64,000 nt of DNA from an uncultured Kofleriaceae bacterium (GCA_964446175.1 CAYUNM010000034.1:15115-79114); one strand, 5' to 3'. Positions 1 to 10,752 are shown, counted from the stretch's first letter. Notes: a model not told the origin generated them from the letters alone. Translations and numbers: made by a program.

Positions 1-1
1 C

Positions 2-652
2 GAGCTGCCGCTGTCGATCCAGCCCAAGCTGCTGCGCGTGCTGCAGTCGGGCGAGGTGCAGCGGGTCGGGTCGGACAAGCCGTGTCGGGTGGACGTGCGG
101 ATCGTCGCGGCGACGAACCGCGACCTGCACGAAGAGGTGCGCGCGGGGCGGTTTCGCAGCGATCTGTACTACCGGCTGAGCGTGTACCCGCTGGTCGTGC
201 CGCCGCTGCGCGAGCGCCGCGATGACATCGCGCTGCTGAGCGGACACTTCCTGCACGCGGCGCAGGAGCGGCTCGGACTCGGGCAGCTGCGGCTCACCCT
301 GGATGCGCGGCGGCGGCTGCGCGAGCATGGCTGGCCCGGCAACGTGCGCGAGCTCGAGCACACGATCCTGCGTGCGGCAGTGCGCGCCGCGGAAGGGCCG
401 CATGATGGGACGATCGTCATCGAGCGCGCGCACCTCGGCCTCGATGCACCCGCGAGCGCCGCGACCGCCGCGGCGACAGACGGGCCTGCGCAGGCGCGCC
501 AGCCGCTGCGCGCCACCGTCGACGCGTTCACTCGCCAGCTGATCGAGGCGACCGTCGCGGAGTGCGGGGACAACTGGGCGGAGGCCGCACGGCGACTCGG
601 CGTGCAGCGTGGGAACCTGCACCGGCTCGCCGCGCGCCTGGGCATGGAGTAG
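2..652 (+). CDS. Sigma-54-dependent transcriptional activator, C-terminal part (end of AAA+ domain plus Fis-type HTH), NorR-like; 5' end lies outside the window
   Basis: Frame of ORF 38..652 is open back to nt 2. Contains ELPLSIQPKLLRVLQSGEVQRVG, VRIVAATNRDL, RFRSDLYYRLSV, PPLRERRDDI, WPGNVRELEH and a C-terminal HTH (NWAEAARRLGVQRGNLHRLAARLG), typical of bacterial enhancer-binding proteins and closest by eye to NorR. Confidence 0.85.
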   Translation, partial: ELPLSIQPKLLRVLQSGEVQRVGSDKPCRVDVRIVAATNRDLHEEVRAGRFRSDLYYRLSVYPLVVPPLRERRDDIALLSGHFLHAAQERLGLGQLRLTLDARRRLREHGWPGNVRELEHTILRAAVRAAEGPHDGTIVIERAHLGLDAPASAATAAATDGPAQARQPLRATVDAFTRQLIEATVAECGDNWAEAARRLGVQRGNLHRLAARLGME

Positions 653-715
653 CGCGCTCGACGGAATAGGGAGCGCTCGACGGAATGGGGAGCGCTCGAC
701 GGAACGGGGAGCGCG
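652..715. repeat. Tandem repeat, about 3.4 copies of a 19-bp unit GAGCGCTCGACGGAAYRGG between two convergent genes
   Basis: Read directly: units at 652-670, 671-689 and 690-708, plus a partial unit at 709-715. Each full unit carries the palindrome GAGCGCTC. Differences are confined to 2 positions per unit. Confidence 0.9.
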
Positions 716-721
716 GATGAC

Positions 722-1147
722 CTAGTCGTCGGCGCGCCGCGCGACGGAGGCGACCCGCACACGCTCCGCGGGCACCGAGATCGCGCGCATGAAGTAGGCC
801 TTGAAGCTCTCGGCCCAGGGCTGCTCGGCGACCGCGTGCGCCATGCAGAGCAGCCAGGCATCGCGCTCGGCCTCGTCGATCGCGAAGCGCGCGTGGACGC
901 CCGGGATCGAGATCGGCCCGAAGCGCGCGCGGTAGTCGTTCGGGCCGCCGAGCCAGGCACAGAGAAACACGAACAGCTTCTCGCGGACCTCGTCGAGATC
1001 GGGGCCGTGCATGTCGCGGACGGTGCGGGCCTCGGGCAGCGCGTCCATGTGCTCGTAGAAGCGCCAGACGAGCGCGCGCAGGCCGTCGCTGCCGCCTGCC
1101 GCGCGATACGAGGCGTCGCCGGTGCCGTAGTCCATGCGCGGCGGCAT
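722..1147 (-). CDS. Group II truncated hemoglobin / globin-family protein (141 aa)
   Basis: Pattern FYEHMD...LFVFLCAWLGGPNDY...HARFAIDEAERDAWLLCMAHAV matches the 2-on-2 globin (GlbO/YjbI-like) signature. High GC3 in this frame. Confidence 0.7.
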   Translation of the reverse strand: MPPRMDYGTGDASYRAAGGSDGLRALVWRFYEHMDALPEARTVRDMHGPDLDEVREKLFVFLCAWLGGPNDYRARFGPISIPGVHARFAIDEAERDAWLLCMAHAVAEQPWAESFKAYFMRAISVPAERVRVASVARRADD

Positions 1148-1300
1148 AGCAGGATCCGCACCGCGGCGCCCTCGTCGAGGCAGCGGCGCGGCGCCGTCCT
1201 CATTTCGACGCCGCGTGTTCTCGTTTCGACGACAACACGGCGCGCCGGGAACGAGGGCGCGCGGACTTGCGGCGGCATGCGCGTCGCAACTCGCGCGCGC

Positions 1301-1480
1301 ATGGCTGCAGTCCTTTGCCTCATGTTCCTGCCCCTGATGTTCGGGGTCCTCTTCATGCTCGGATCGATGGGCTCGTTCTCCGTCGGCGTCGTGCTCGGCG
1401 CGGCGACGTTCCTGCTGCTCGGCTTCGGGCTCGTGTTCGGAACCCTACGCCTCGCGACGCAGTGGGAGGGCGAGCACTAG
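1301..1480 (+). CDS. Small hydrophobic membrane protein (59 aa, 2 predicted TM helices); alternative start at 1277
   Basis: ATG at 1301 inside ORF 836..1480. MAAVLCLMFLPLMFGVLFMLG...VVLGAATFLLLGFGLVFG. Third codon positions are almost all G/C. No recognisable family. Confidence 0.45.
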   Translation: MAAVLCLMFLPLMFGVLFMLGSMGSFSVGVVLGAATFLLLGFGLVFGTLRLATQWEGEH

Positions 1481-1507
1481 CCGATCCGACGGCGCCACCT
1501 GGCCGGG

Positions 1508-3004
1508 CTAGCCGATCAGGTGGAGCCACCAGCCCGGGAGGATGCCGAGCTCGAGGACGAGCAGCGGCATCAGGGCGATCACGAACAGCAGGCCGGCGGA
1601 GCGCGTCGGCGCGAACGGCTGCGAGGCCTCGCGGAAGTACATCGCGGTGACGATGCGCAGGTAGTAGTAGATGCTGATCGCGCTGTTGACGACGCCGATC
1701 ACGACGAGCCAGAGCAGCTGGCCGTTGTAGACGTCCATCGCGCTCTTGAAGATCTCGAACTTCCCGAAGAAGCCGCCGGTCGGCGGCATGCCGCCGAACG
1801 AGAGCAGGCAGATCGTCATCGCGAGCGCGGCGCCCGGGTGCTGGGTGGCGAGGCCGGCCCAGTCGTCGACGAGCAGGCGCTCGCGGCCCTTCGAGCCGAC
1901 GAACGAGACCACCGAGAACGCGCCCAGCGTCGTGACCGAGTACGCGATCAGGTAGTAGACGATCGCGGACTGCGCGCTCGTCGAGCCGAGGCCCATCGCG
2001 CACAAGCCGACCATCAGGACGCCCGCGTGCGAGATGCTCGAGTACGCGAGCATGCGCTTGATGTTGTCCTGGCGGACGGCGGTGATGTTGCCGATCGTGA
2101 TCGTGATCGCGGCGATCACGACCATCGGCGAGGCCCAGCCGAGCGTGCCGAACGGGATGATGTCGCCGCCCAGCGCGACGCCGAACACGCGGATCATACC
2201 GGCGATGGCCGCCGCCTTGACCGCCGAGGCCATGAAGCCGGTGACCGGCGTCGGAGCGCCTTCGTACGCATCGGGCGCCCACATGTGGAACGGCACCGCC
2301 GCGATCTTGAAGCCGAACGCGACGACGAGCAGGAACGCGCCGGCGACGATCAGGCCCGGGTTCGCCGAGGAGGCGAGCGCAGCCTGCATGTGCAGCAGCG
2401 ACAGCGTGCCGGACGCGCCGTAGAGCAGCGCGCAGCCGTACATCAGGAAGCCCGTCGCGAATGCGCCGATCAGGAAGTACTTCATCGCGGCTTCGTTGCC
2501 GCGACGCGAGCGGCGGCGCATCGCCGTCATCACGTAGACGCCGATCGACATCGTCTCGATGCCGAGGAAGATCGTGACGAGGTTGACGGCGTGCGCGAGC
2601 ATCACCATGCCCGACGCCGACAGCAGCATCACGCCGTAGTACTCGCCCATCTGCCAGTCGTGCTCGCGCTGGTGGCCCGGCGAGGCGAGCGCGGTCAGCG
2701 CGGTCAGCACGGCGAACAGCGCGGAGAGCACGTAGCCGGTGCGATCCGCCATCAGCATCGCGGAGCGGAGCGTGCCGCTCTGGTCGATGTCGGTGAACAG
2801 CGCGTGCGTCTCGCCGGGTGCGAGCTGGCGATAGAGCACCACCGACGCGATCGCGGACGCGAGCGAGCCGGCGACCGCGAGGCCGCTGAGCGCCGTGCGG
2901 TCACGGCCCTTGTAGAAGGCCTCCGCGAGGACGAGCAGCATGCCCGTGATGGCGAGGATCAGGTACGGAGCGCACCAGCCGAGGTCGTTGGGGTTGAAGC
3001 TCAC
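1508..3004 (-). CDS. nuoN: NADH-quinone oxidoreductase subunit N
   Basis: 498-aa polytopic antiporter-like protein (FHMWAPDAYEGAPTPVTGF motif). Last gene of the nuo block, with a 4-nt overlap with nuoM. Confidence 0.93.
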   Translation of the reverse strand: MSFNPNDLGWCAPYLILAITGMLLVLAEAFYKGRDRTALSGLAVAGSLASAIASVVLYRQLAPGETHALFTDIDQSGTLRSAMLMADRTGYVLSALFAVLTALTALASPGHQREHDWQMGEYYGVMLLSASGMVMLAHAVNLVTIFLGIETMSIGVYVMTAMRRRSRRGNEAAMKYFLIGAFATGFLMYGCALLYGASGTLSLLHMQAALASSANPGLIVAGAFLLVVAFGFKIAAVPFHMWAPDAYEGAPTPVTGFMASAVKAAAIAGMIRVFGVALGGDIIPFGTLGWASPMVVIAAITITIGNITAVRQDNIKRMLAYSSISHAGVLMVGLCAMGLGSTSAQSAIVYYLIAYSVTTLGAFSVVSFVGSKGRERLLVDDWAGLATQHPGAALAMTICLLSFGGMPPTGGFFGKFEIFKSAMDVYNGQLLWLVVIGVVNSAISIYYYLRIVTAMYFREASQPFAPTRSAGLLFVIALMPLLVLELGILPGWWLHLIG

Positions 3005-4623
3005 CGGGCACCTCCCGCCGGAGCCGCGGCAGGCGGCGGCGTGGCCGGAAGCGATCCGTAGATGTGCGGCGGGCCGTCAGGCTCGTCGATGCGCTTGGTG
3101 TAGTCGTGGAGGAACTTGTCGGTTGCAGGCTGCATGGTGTTGAGCAGCGGGCGCGGGAACAGACCGAGGCCGAAGATGCCGAGCGCGAGCGTGATGAACA
3201 CGATCAGCTCGTGCACCTTGAGGTCAGGCAGGCGGCCGTTCTTCGCCTTGTCGAGCGGTCCGAAGAAGACCTTCTGGAACATGAACAGCAGGTAGACCGC
3301 GCCGAGGATCACGCCCGTGCACGCGAGCGCTCCCAAGAGGCGCGGGTACGGCAGGAAGTGGGCGTGGTTCGCCGGGAACGAGTCCCCCGCGTTGAACGTG
3401 CCGAAGATGGTGAAGAACTCGCCGATGAAGCCCGACAGCGACGGCAGACCCGCCGAGCCCATCACGACGATGAGGTACAGGCCCGCGAAGATCGGCATCT
3501 GCTTCCAGATGCCGCCGTACTCGGCGAGCCGGCGCGTGTGGCGACGCTCGTAGAGCACGCCGATGCCGAGGAACAGGCCGCCCGTCGTGAGGCCGTGCGA
3601 GAGCATCGCGTAGATCGAGCCCTGCACGCCCATCTGCGTCAGCGCGACGACGCCGAGCATGCAGAAGCCCATGTGGCTGACGGACGAGTACGCGATCAGC
3701 TTCTTGACGTCATCCTGCGCGAACGCGACGAACGCGCCATAGATGATGCCGATGACGGCGAGGATCGCGAGCGCGGGGGCCCACACCTCGGCGCCGTGCG
3801 GGAACAGCGGCATCGCGTAGCGCAGGAAGCCGTAGATGCCGAACTTCAGCAGCACGCCGGCCAGGATCACGGAGCCGGCCGTCGGCGCCTCGACGTGCGC
3901 GTCAGGCAACCACGTGTGCAGCGGGAACAGCGGCACCTTGATGCAGAACGCGAGCGCGAACGCCGCGAAGCACCAGACCTGCGCGTGATACGGCAGCGCG
4001 ACGGTCGTCAGCTTCTCGAGGTCCGTCGTGTACGTGCCGAGCACCGCGCCCGCCTTGACGTACACGTAGAAGATCGCGACGAGCATCAGCAGCGAGCCGA
4101 CCATCGTGTAGACGACGAACTTGATCGACGCGTAGAGCCGGCGCTGACCGCCCCAGATCCCGATGAGCAGGTACATCGGGATCAGCATCACTTCCCAGAA
4201 CGTGTAGAAGAGGAACAGATCGAGCGCGACGAACGCGCCGATCATGCCCGCCTCGAGCACGAGCATCGCGGCCATGAACTCGCGCGCGTGCCGCTCGACC
4301 GAGGCGCGCGTGCCGAGCAGCGTGAGCGGCATCAGCAGCGTCGTCAGCAGGACGAGGAAGATCGAGATGCCGTCGATGCCGGTCTTGAAGTGAGCGCCGA
4401 GGCCCGGGATCCACTCCGTGTCGAACACGAGCTGGAAGCCCGCCTCGTGCGGGTTGAAGTAGCGGAACACGGCGAGCGACACGAGGAACGTGATCGTCGT
4501 GATCGCGATGCCGAGACCGCGCTGCAGCGACTGCTCGCCCTTCGGCGTGCACATGACGAAGACGGCGCCGAGCAGCGGCAGGCCGATCAGCAGGGGAAGC
4601 AGGAATCCACCACCCGGGCTCAT
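3001..4623 (-). CDS. nuoM: NADH-quinone oxidoreductase subunit M
   Basis: 540-aa antiporter-like subunit (PLHTWLPDAHVEAPTAGSVILAGVLLK). Overlaps both nuoL and nuoN by 4 nt. Confidence 0.93.
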   Translation of the reverse strand: MSPGGGFLLPLLIGLPLLGAVFVMCTPKGEQSLQRGLGIAITTITFLVSLAVFRYFNPHEAGFQLVFDTEWIPGLGAHFKTGIDGISIFLVLLTTLLMPLTLLGTRASVERHAREFMAAMLVLEAGMIGAFVALDLFLFYTFWEVMLIPMYLLIGIWGGQRRLYASIKFVVYTMVGSLLMLVAIFYVYVKAGAVLGTYTTDLEKLTTVALPYHAQVWCFAAFALAFCIKVPLFPLHTWLPDAHVEAPTAGSVILAGVLLKFGIYGFLRYAMPLFPHGAEVWAPALAILAVIGIIYGAFVAFAQDDVKKLIAYSSVSHMGFCMLGVVALTQMGVQGSIYAMLSHGLTTGGLFLGIGVLYERRHTRRLAEYGGIWKQMPIFAGLYLIVVMGSAGLPSLSGFIGEFFTIFGTFNAGDSFPANHAHFLPYPRLLGALACTGVILGAVYLLFMFQKVFFGPLDKAKNGRLPDLKVHELIVFITLALGIFGLGLFPRPLLNTMQPATDKFLHDYTKRIDEPDGPPHIYGSLPATPPPAAAPAGGAR

Positions 4624-6932
4624 GGCTGTACCTCCTCCGCGCGGATCGCTCGGGTGACCGGCACGGTCTTCTGCGAGATCGGGTCGTCGATGAACAGTGT
4701 GACCTTCGCGGCGGTCTCGCCGGCGCGCACGGTCACGTCGCGACCCTCGTGGTCGGGCTGGCCGTCACCGTCGGTGTCCCAGCGCAGCTTCGCGCTGGAG
4801 CCGACGATGCCCGCGCCCGGTTCGGCGTGCAGATGCAGCATCTCGCCGTTCTGGCCTTCGAATCGGTAGATGAACGACGGCTTCTGATGGCAGTCGGTGA
4901 CGAGGAACACCGCGGCCGCGCCGATCACGAGACCGACGAGGTAGCGCTGAATGTTGCCGTTCTGCACCCACCGCGACACGCGGCCGAACAGCCCGACGAC
5001 GAACGCCGAGCCGTTGACGGCGACCGTATCGATGATGAAGCGATCGACGACCTCGAACATGCCTCGCGCCACCGCGCGGAACGGCCGCACGATGATGACG
5101 TCGTAGACCTCGTCGAACCACAGCTTGTTCTTCGACGCGATGTACGCGCCCTCGAGCGGGCCGTGATCGACGAGGCGCGTGACCGTCGGCGACGGGCCAC
5201 GGCCGTACAGCGCCCACGCGATCGCGATGCCGATGACACCGATCGAGAGCGCGACGCCCATCAGCACCATCGTGGTGCCGTCGTGGACCTCGCCGTGGAT
5301 CGGCAGGCCCTCCATGCCGGGGTTGTACCAGTTGGCCGACACGCTCGGCTCGAGCCACGACGCGAGCGAGTGCACGATGCCAGGCAGGTGCGTGTGCTCG
5401 AGGTGCGGCAGGCCGAGGAAGCCGACGACCGTCGCGAAGAACGCGAGGACGATCAGCGGGACCGTCATCGAGAACGGCGACTCGTGCGCGTGCTTCGCCT
5501 CTTCCGTGCGCTCCTCGCCACCGAAGACGAGGAAGTAGAGGCGCCACATGTAGAACGCGGTGCCGAGCGCCGCGATCAACAGGCCGCCCCACAGCACCTT
5601 GCCGTAGAACGCCGGCCAGCCCGGCGGATGCACGCCCCACGCGCCGGCGAGGATCTCGTCCTTCGAGAAGAAGCCCGAGAACGGGAAGATGCCGGCGATC
5701 GCGAGGCACGAGATCATGAACGTGATCCGCGTGATCGGCATGTGCTTGCGCAGGCCGCCCATCGTCGTGATGTCGCCCGGCGTCTTCGAGCCACCGTGCT
5801 CCATGCCGTGCATGACCGAGCCCGCGCCGAGGAACAGACACGCCTTGAAGAACGCGTGCGTGCCGAGGTGGAAGATCGCGGCGAGCCAGTTTCCGGTGCC
5901 CGCGGCGACGAACATGAAGCCGAGCTGACTCACCGTCGAGTAGGCGAGCACCTTCTTCAAGTCTGTCTGCGCGAACGCCATGAAGGCCGCGGCGAGCGCC
6001 GTGAGCAGACCCACGGTCGACACGACGATCAGCGCGGTCGTCGAGCTCGCGTAGAGGAACGACAGCCGGCAGATCATGTAGACGCCGGCGGTGACCATCG
6101 TCGCGGCGTGGATGAGGGCGGAGACCGGCGTGGGGCCCGCCATCGCGTCCGGCAGCCAGACGAACAGCGGCAGCTGCGCGGACTTTCCGCACGCGCCGAT
6201 GAACAGGAAGATGCCGGCGGCCGCCGAGAGGCGCTCGCGGCCCCAGAACGGCTGGACGAACTCCGCGCCGTGCTTGCTGACGTCCTTGAGGTCCTGGAAG
6301 TCGAGCGTCTTCGTCGCCCAGAACAGCAGGAACATGCCGAGCAGGAAGCAGAAGTCGCCGATGCGGTTGACGACGAACGCCTTGCGGCCCGCGTTCGCGT
6401 AGCTCTCGTTCTCGTACCAGAACCCGATCAAGAGGAACGAGCAGAGGCCGACGCCCTCCCACCCGATGAACATCACCGGCAGGTTGCCGGCGAGCACGAG
6501 GATGAGCATCGCGCCGGTGAACAGGTTCAGGTAGCCGAAGTACCGGTGGTAGCCCGGGTCGTGGGCCATGTAGCCGGTCGAGTAGATGTGGATCCACGTG
6601 CCGATGAAGGTGACGATGATGATCATCACCGCCGACAACGTATCGAGGTGGAACGCGAGGTCCGCCTTGAAGTTGCCGACCTCGAGCCAGTGGTACACGA
6701 CCTGCGTGATGCCCTGCTCTGCTTCGCCGCCCTTGAACTGCTTCCAGAGCGGACCGAACACCATGTAGAACGCGATGCCGCATGCACCGGCGACCGCCGC
6801 GATGGCGATCGTGTGGACCGTGCTCTTCGAGAAGCGACGGCCGACGGTGAGGTTGATCAGCGCGCCGAGCAGCGGCAGCGCCGGAATCCACGCGAGCAGC
6901 GGAAGGCCCAGGAATTGAGGGGTCGATTCCAT
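4620..6932 (-). CDS. nuoL: NADH-quinone oxidoreductase subunit L with an extra ~90-aa C-terminal PKD-like domain
   Basis: 770 aa. Has NuoL motifs (WEGVGLCSFLLIGFW, LPLFVWLPDAMAGPTPVSALIHAATMVTAGVY), a long lateral-helix region and a final TM helix, then a soluble tail with RWDTDGDGQPD. Confidence 0.92.
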   Translation of the reverse strand: MESTPQFLGLPLLAWIPALPLLGALINLTVGRRFSKSTVHTIAIAAVAGACGIAFYMVFGPLWKQFKGGEAEQGITQVVYHWLEVGNFKADLAFHLDTLSAVMIIIVTFIGTWIHIYSTGYMAHDPGYHRYFGYLNLFTGAMLILVLAGNLPVMFIGWEGVGLCSFLLIGFWYENESYANAGRKAFVVNRIGDFCFLLGMFLLFWATKTLDFQDLKDVSKHGAEFVQPFWGRERLSAAAGIFLFIGACGKSAQLPLFVWLPDAMAGPTPVSALIHAATMVTAGVYMICRLSFLYASSTTALIVVSTVGLLTALAAAFMAFAQTDLKKVLAYSTVSQLGFMFVAAGTGNWLAAIFHLGTHAFFKACLFLGAGSVMHGMEHGGSKTPGDITTMGGLRKHMPITRITFMISCLAIAGIFPFSGFFSKDEILAGAWGVHPPGWPAFYGKVLWGGLLIAALGTAFYMWRLYFLVFGGEERTEEAKHAHESPFSMTVPLIVLAFFATVVGFLGLPHLEHTHLPGIVHSLASWLEPSVSANWYNPGMEGLPIHGEVHDGTTMVLMGVALSIGVIGIAIAWALYGRGPSPTVTRLVDHGPLEGAYIASKNKLWFDEVYDVIIVRPFRAVARGMFEVVDRFIIDTVAVNGSAFVVGLFGRVSRWVQNGNIQRYLVGLVIGAAAVFLVTDCHQKPSFIYRFEGQNGEMLHLHAEPGAGIVGSSAKLRWDTDGDGQPDHEGRDVTVRAGETAAKVTLFIDDPISQKTVPVTRAIRAEEVQP

Positions 6933-6933
6933 G

Positions 6934-7263
6934 CTAGTGCCTCAAGGTCGTCAGACGGTCGACATCGACGTTGCGACGACCGCGGAACACCGCGACGACG
7001 ATCGCGAGACCGACGCTCGCCTCCGCCGCTGCGACGCCGATGACGATCAGCGCGAACGTGTGCGCCGACAAGGCGCCCATCCCACCCCACATCCGAGAGA
7101 ACGTCAGCAGCGTCATGTTCGCCGCGTTGAGCATGAGCTCCACGCTCATCAGGATGATCAGCGCGTTGCGGCGAATCAGGACGCCTGCCATTCCGATCAG
7201 GAACAGCAGCGCGGCGAGCACCAGGAAGTGGCCGTAGCCGATGTTGAACAGGACGTCGTTCAT
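6934..7263 (-). CDS. nuoK: NADH-quinone oxidoreductase subunit K
   Basis: 109 aa, 3 TM helices. LIRRNALIILMSVELMLNAANMTLLTF is the NuoK signature. Confidence 0.93.
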   Translation of the reverse strand: MNDVLFNIGYGHFLVLAALLFLIGMAGVLIRRNALIILMSVELMLNAANMTLLTFSRMWGGMGALSAHTFALIVIGVAAAEASVGLAIVVAVFRGRRNVDVDRLTTLRH

Positions 7264-7850
7264 ACCGAGTGTCCCTCCACCGCGGGGTCATTCGGGTTGT
7301 TCGGATCCGCGGGAACCGCATCCTCGTGGAGCGGCCGGGCGATCGCGATCGCACCGACGACGGCGATCAGGAGCAGGATCGAGATCGCCTCGAACGGGAA
7401 CAGCCCGCCGTTGAACAGGTCGGTGCCGACGGACTTCACACCGCCCCACGCGACCGGCGCATCGACGCCCGCGTAGTGCAGATCCGCCGGCGCGCCCATC
7501 GCCTGCGCGGGGACGTGCACGTGGATCAGCAGCATCGCGAGGCGGCCGACGAGATAGATGATCGCGAGTGCGCCGATGCCCTGCCCGACGCGGCCCGACG
7601 GCGCGACCGGCTCGTCTTCGGGCCGGTTCAGGATCATGATGACGAAGACGAACAGCACCATGATCGCGCCGGCGTACACGAGCATCTGCACGACGGCGAG
7701 GAAGCTCGCGTACAGCATCATGTAGACGGCGGCGATTCCGACGAAGCTGCCGACCATGCCCATGACGGCGGCGATCAGGTTCTTGCGCGTGATGACGAAC
7801 ACGGCGCCACCGACCGCCACGAGCGCGAACAACCAGAAGAAGAGCGCCAT
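7260..7850 (-). CDS. nuoJ: NADH-quinone oxidoreductase subunit J (start at ATG 7850; the ORF is open to 7940)
   Basis: MALFFWLFALVAVGGAVFVITRKNLIAAVMGMV...VQMLVYAGAIMVLFVFVIM matches NuoJ. The 30 aa upstream (to 7940) have no NuoJ counterpart, so the shorter start is preferred, but this is uncertain. Confidence 0.88.
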   Translation of the reverse strand: MALFFWLFALVAVGGAVFVITRKNLIAAVMGMVGSFVGIAAVYMMLYASFLAVVQMLVYAGAIMVLFVFVIMILNRPEDEPVAPSGRVGQGIGALAIIYLVGRLAMLLIHVHVPAQAMGAPADLHYAGVDAPVAWGGVKSVGTDLFNGGLFPFEAISILLLIAVVGAIAIARPLHEDAVPADPNNPNDPAVEGHSV

Positions 7851-7940
7851 GCCCTTCCCGGTCGACTCGATCGTATCGAGGTGCGGCGCGTGCTTGATCA
7901 CGGTCGCGGTGACGGGCTGAGCCCACAACAAGGACATCAT

Positions 7941-9268
<1,328 letters not shown>

Positions 9269-9269
<1 letters not shown>

Positions 9270-9766
9270 CACACGACCTCGCCTTCGGGGTGGGGATCGC
9301 GCTCGAGCTCGGCGACGATGTCGGCCACCTGAGCAGGCGTGATGTCGTAGAAGTACTTCGTGCCGACGAGGGCACACGGGGCCTTGTCACACGCCGCGAT
9401 GCACTCTTCCTCGACGAGAGTGAACTTCGCGTTGGACTCGCCCTTCTCGAGCCCGAGGCGCTTCTCGAACGCATCGAGCACCTCGTAGCCGCCGCGCAGC
9501 ATGCACGAGATGTTCGTGCACATCCGGATCGTCTGCGCGCCGCCCGGCTCGCGCCGGAACATCGTGTAGAACGTCGCGACGCCGTACACGTGCGCGTACG
9601 GCAGATCGAGCGTCCGCGCGACGAGACGAAGCGCGTCGTCGCTCAGATGCCCGTGCTCTTTCTGCGCGAGATGAAGGGCGGCGAGCACGACCGGTTTCTT
9701 CGTCGGATACCGTTCGCACAATGCCGCGATCTTCTTCTGCGCGTCTGCAGAGAATTCGAGTGACAT
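9269..9766 (-). CDS. nuoE: NADH-quinone oxidoreductase subunit E (2Fe-2S)
   Basis: MSLEFSADAQKKIAALCERYP..., with cluster cysteines CTNISC and CIAACDKAPC. Start taken at the internal ATG at 9766. Confidence 0.9.
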
Positions 9767-9861
9767 CGAGGTGTTGCGGAACTTAGTCGCCCGGTGGGGG
9801 GCCGTCAACGGACGCGCCCGCCAAATGAGAGGCATGGGGATCCTGTGGTAAGTGGTCGCAG

Positions 9862-10752
9862 ATGGCTGAAGAAGCCCCGCTGTCGCGGGTGGAGAAGCTC
9901 GCCCTGAGGTTTGCCGAGCTCGCGAACGAGGACTCGCGCGGCAAGTGGCTGCAGACCCGGTTCCTTCGCGGCGTCTCGTACGTCTGGGTGCGGGCCGCGC
10001 TCGCGAACCGGATGTTCGTCGAGGGACTCGATGATTTGTGTGCGATGACTCCCCAGACCGGCGTCATGCTGGTGTCGAACCACCGCAGCTTCTTCGACCA
10101 GTACGCGATGCTGCTGGCCTGCTACATGGGCCCCGTCCCCTGGGCGAAGCGCCTGTACTTCCCGGTGCGGTCGAACTTCTTCTACGACCAGCCGCTGGGG
10201 ATCGCGGTCAACGCGCTGGTCGCGGGCGGCGCGATGTACCCGCCGATCTACCGCCAGGCCGAGCGACGCGCGCTCAACGACGAGGCGCTCGACAAGATGG
10301 TCGAGATCCTGCGCGGCCGCGGCAACGTGCTCGGCATGCACCCCGAGGGCACGCGCGGCAAGGGCGACGATCCGTACACGTTCCTGCCCGCGCAGCCGGG
10401 CGTCGGCAAGGTCGCGCTCGTCGGCAAGCCGGTCGTCATTCCCGCGTTCACGCTCGGGCTCGGCAACAACATCGGGCAGGACATCGCGTGGAACTTCAGC
10501 GCGAAGGCGCGCCGCGAGCACGCGGTGATCTCGGTGTTCGGCGATCCGATCGACTACTCCGATCTGCTCGCCGAGAAGCCGCGCCCGACGCTCTACAAGA
10601 AGACGGCCGACCGCTTCATGGCCGAGATCAAGAAGCTCAGCGTGCGCGAGAAGGAGCTTCGCGCCGAGCTGCACGCGGGCGCGATCGGCGATGACGACCC
10701 GCGCTGGCTTTCGACGCGTCCTGTTGGCAAGCTGTACGCGCGCGAAGGCTAG
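9862..10752 (+). CDS. Lysophospholipid / 1-acyl-sn-glycerol-3-phosphate acyltransferase family protein
   Basis: HX4D motif (NHRSFFD) and PEGTRG block of PlsC-type acyltransferases. Divergent from nuoE. Confidence 0.75.
   Translation: MAEEAPLSRVEKLALRFAELANEDSRGKWLQTRFLRGVSYVWVRAALANRMFVEGLDDLCAMTPQTGVMLVSNHRSFFDQYAMLLACYMGPVPWAKRLYFPVRSNFFYDQPLGIAVNALVAGGAMYPPIYRQAERRALNDEALDKMVEILRGRGNVLGMHPEGTRGKGDDPYTFLPAQPGVGKVALVGKPVVIPAFTLGLGNNIGQDIAWNFSAKARREHAVISVFGDPIDYSDLLAEKPRPTLYKKTADRFMAEIKKLSVREKELRAELHAGAIGDDDPRWLSTRPVGKLYAREG

Noticed and set aside
652-715. The tandem 19-bp repeat as a possible CRISPR array.
   Set aside because: The units are directly adjacent with no spacers, the repeat is too short, and no cas genes are in the window.
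7851-7940. Searched for remnants of nuoG/H/I between nuoF and nuoJ.
   Set aside because: There are at most 90 nt between the nuoF stop and the preferred nuoJ start, and that stretch is in frame with nuoJ. There is no space for even a pseudogene fragment.
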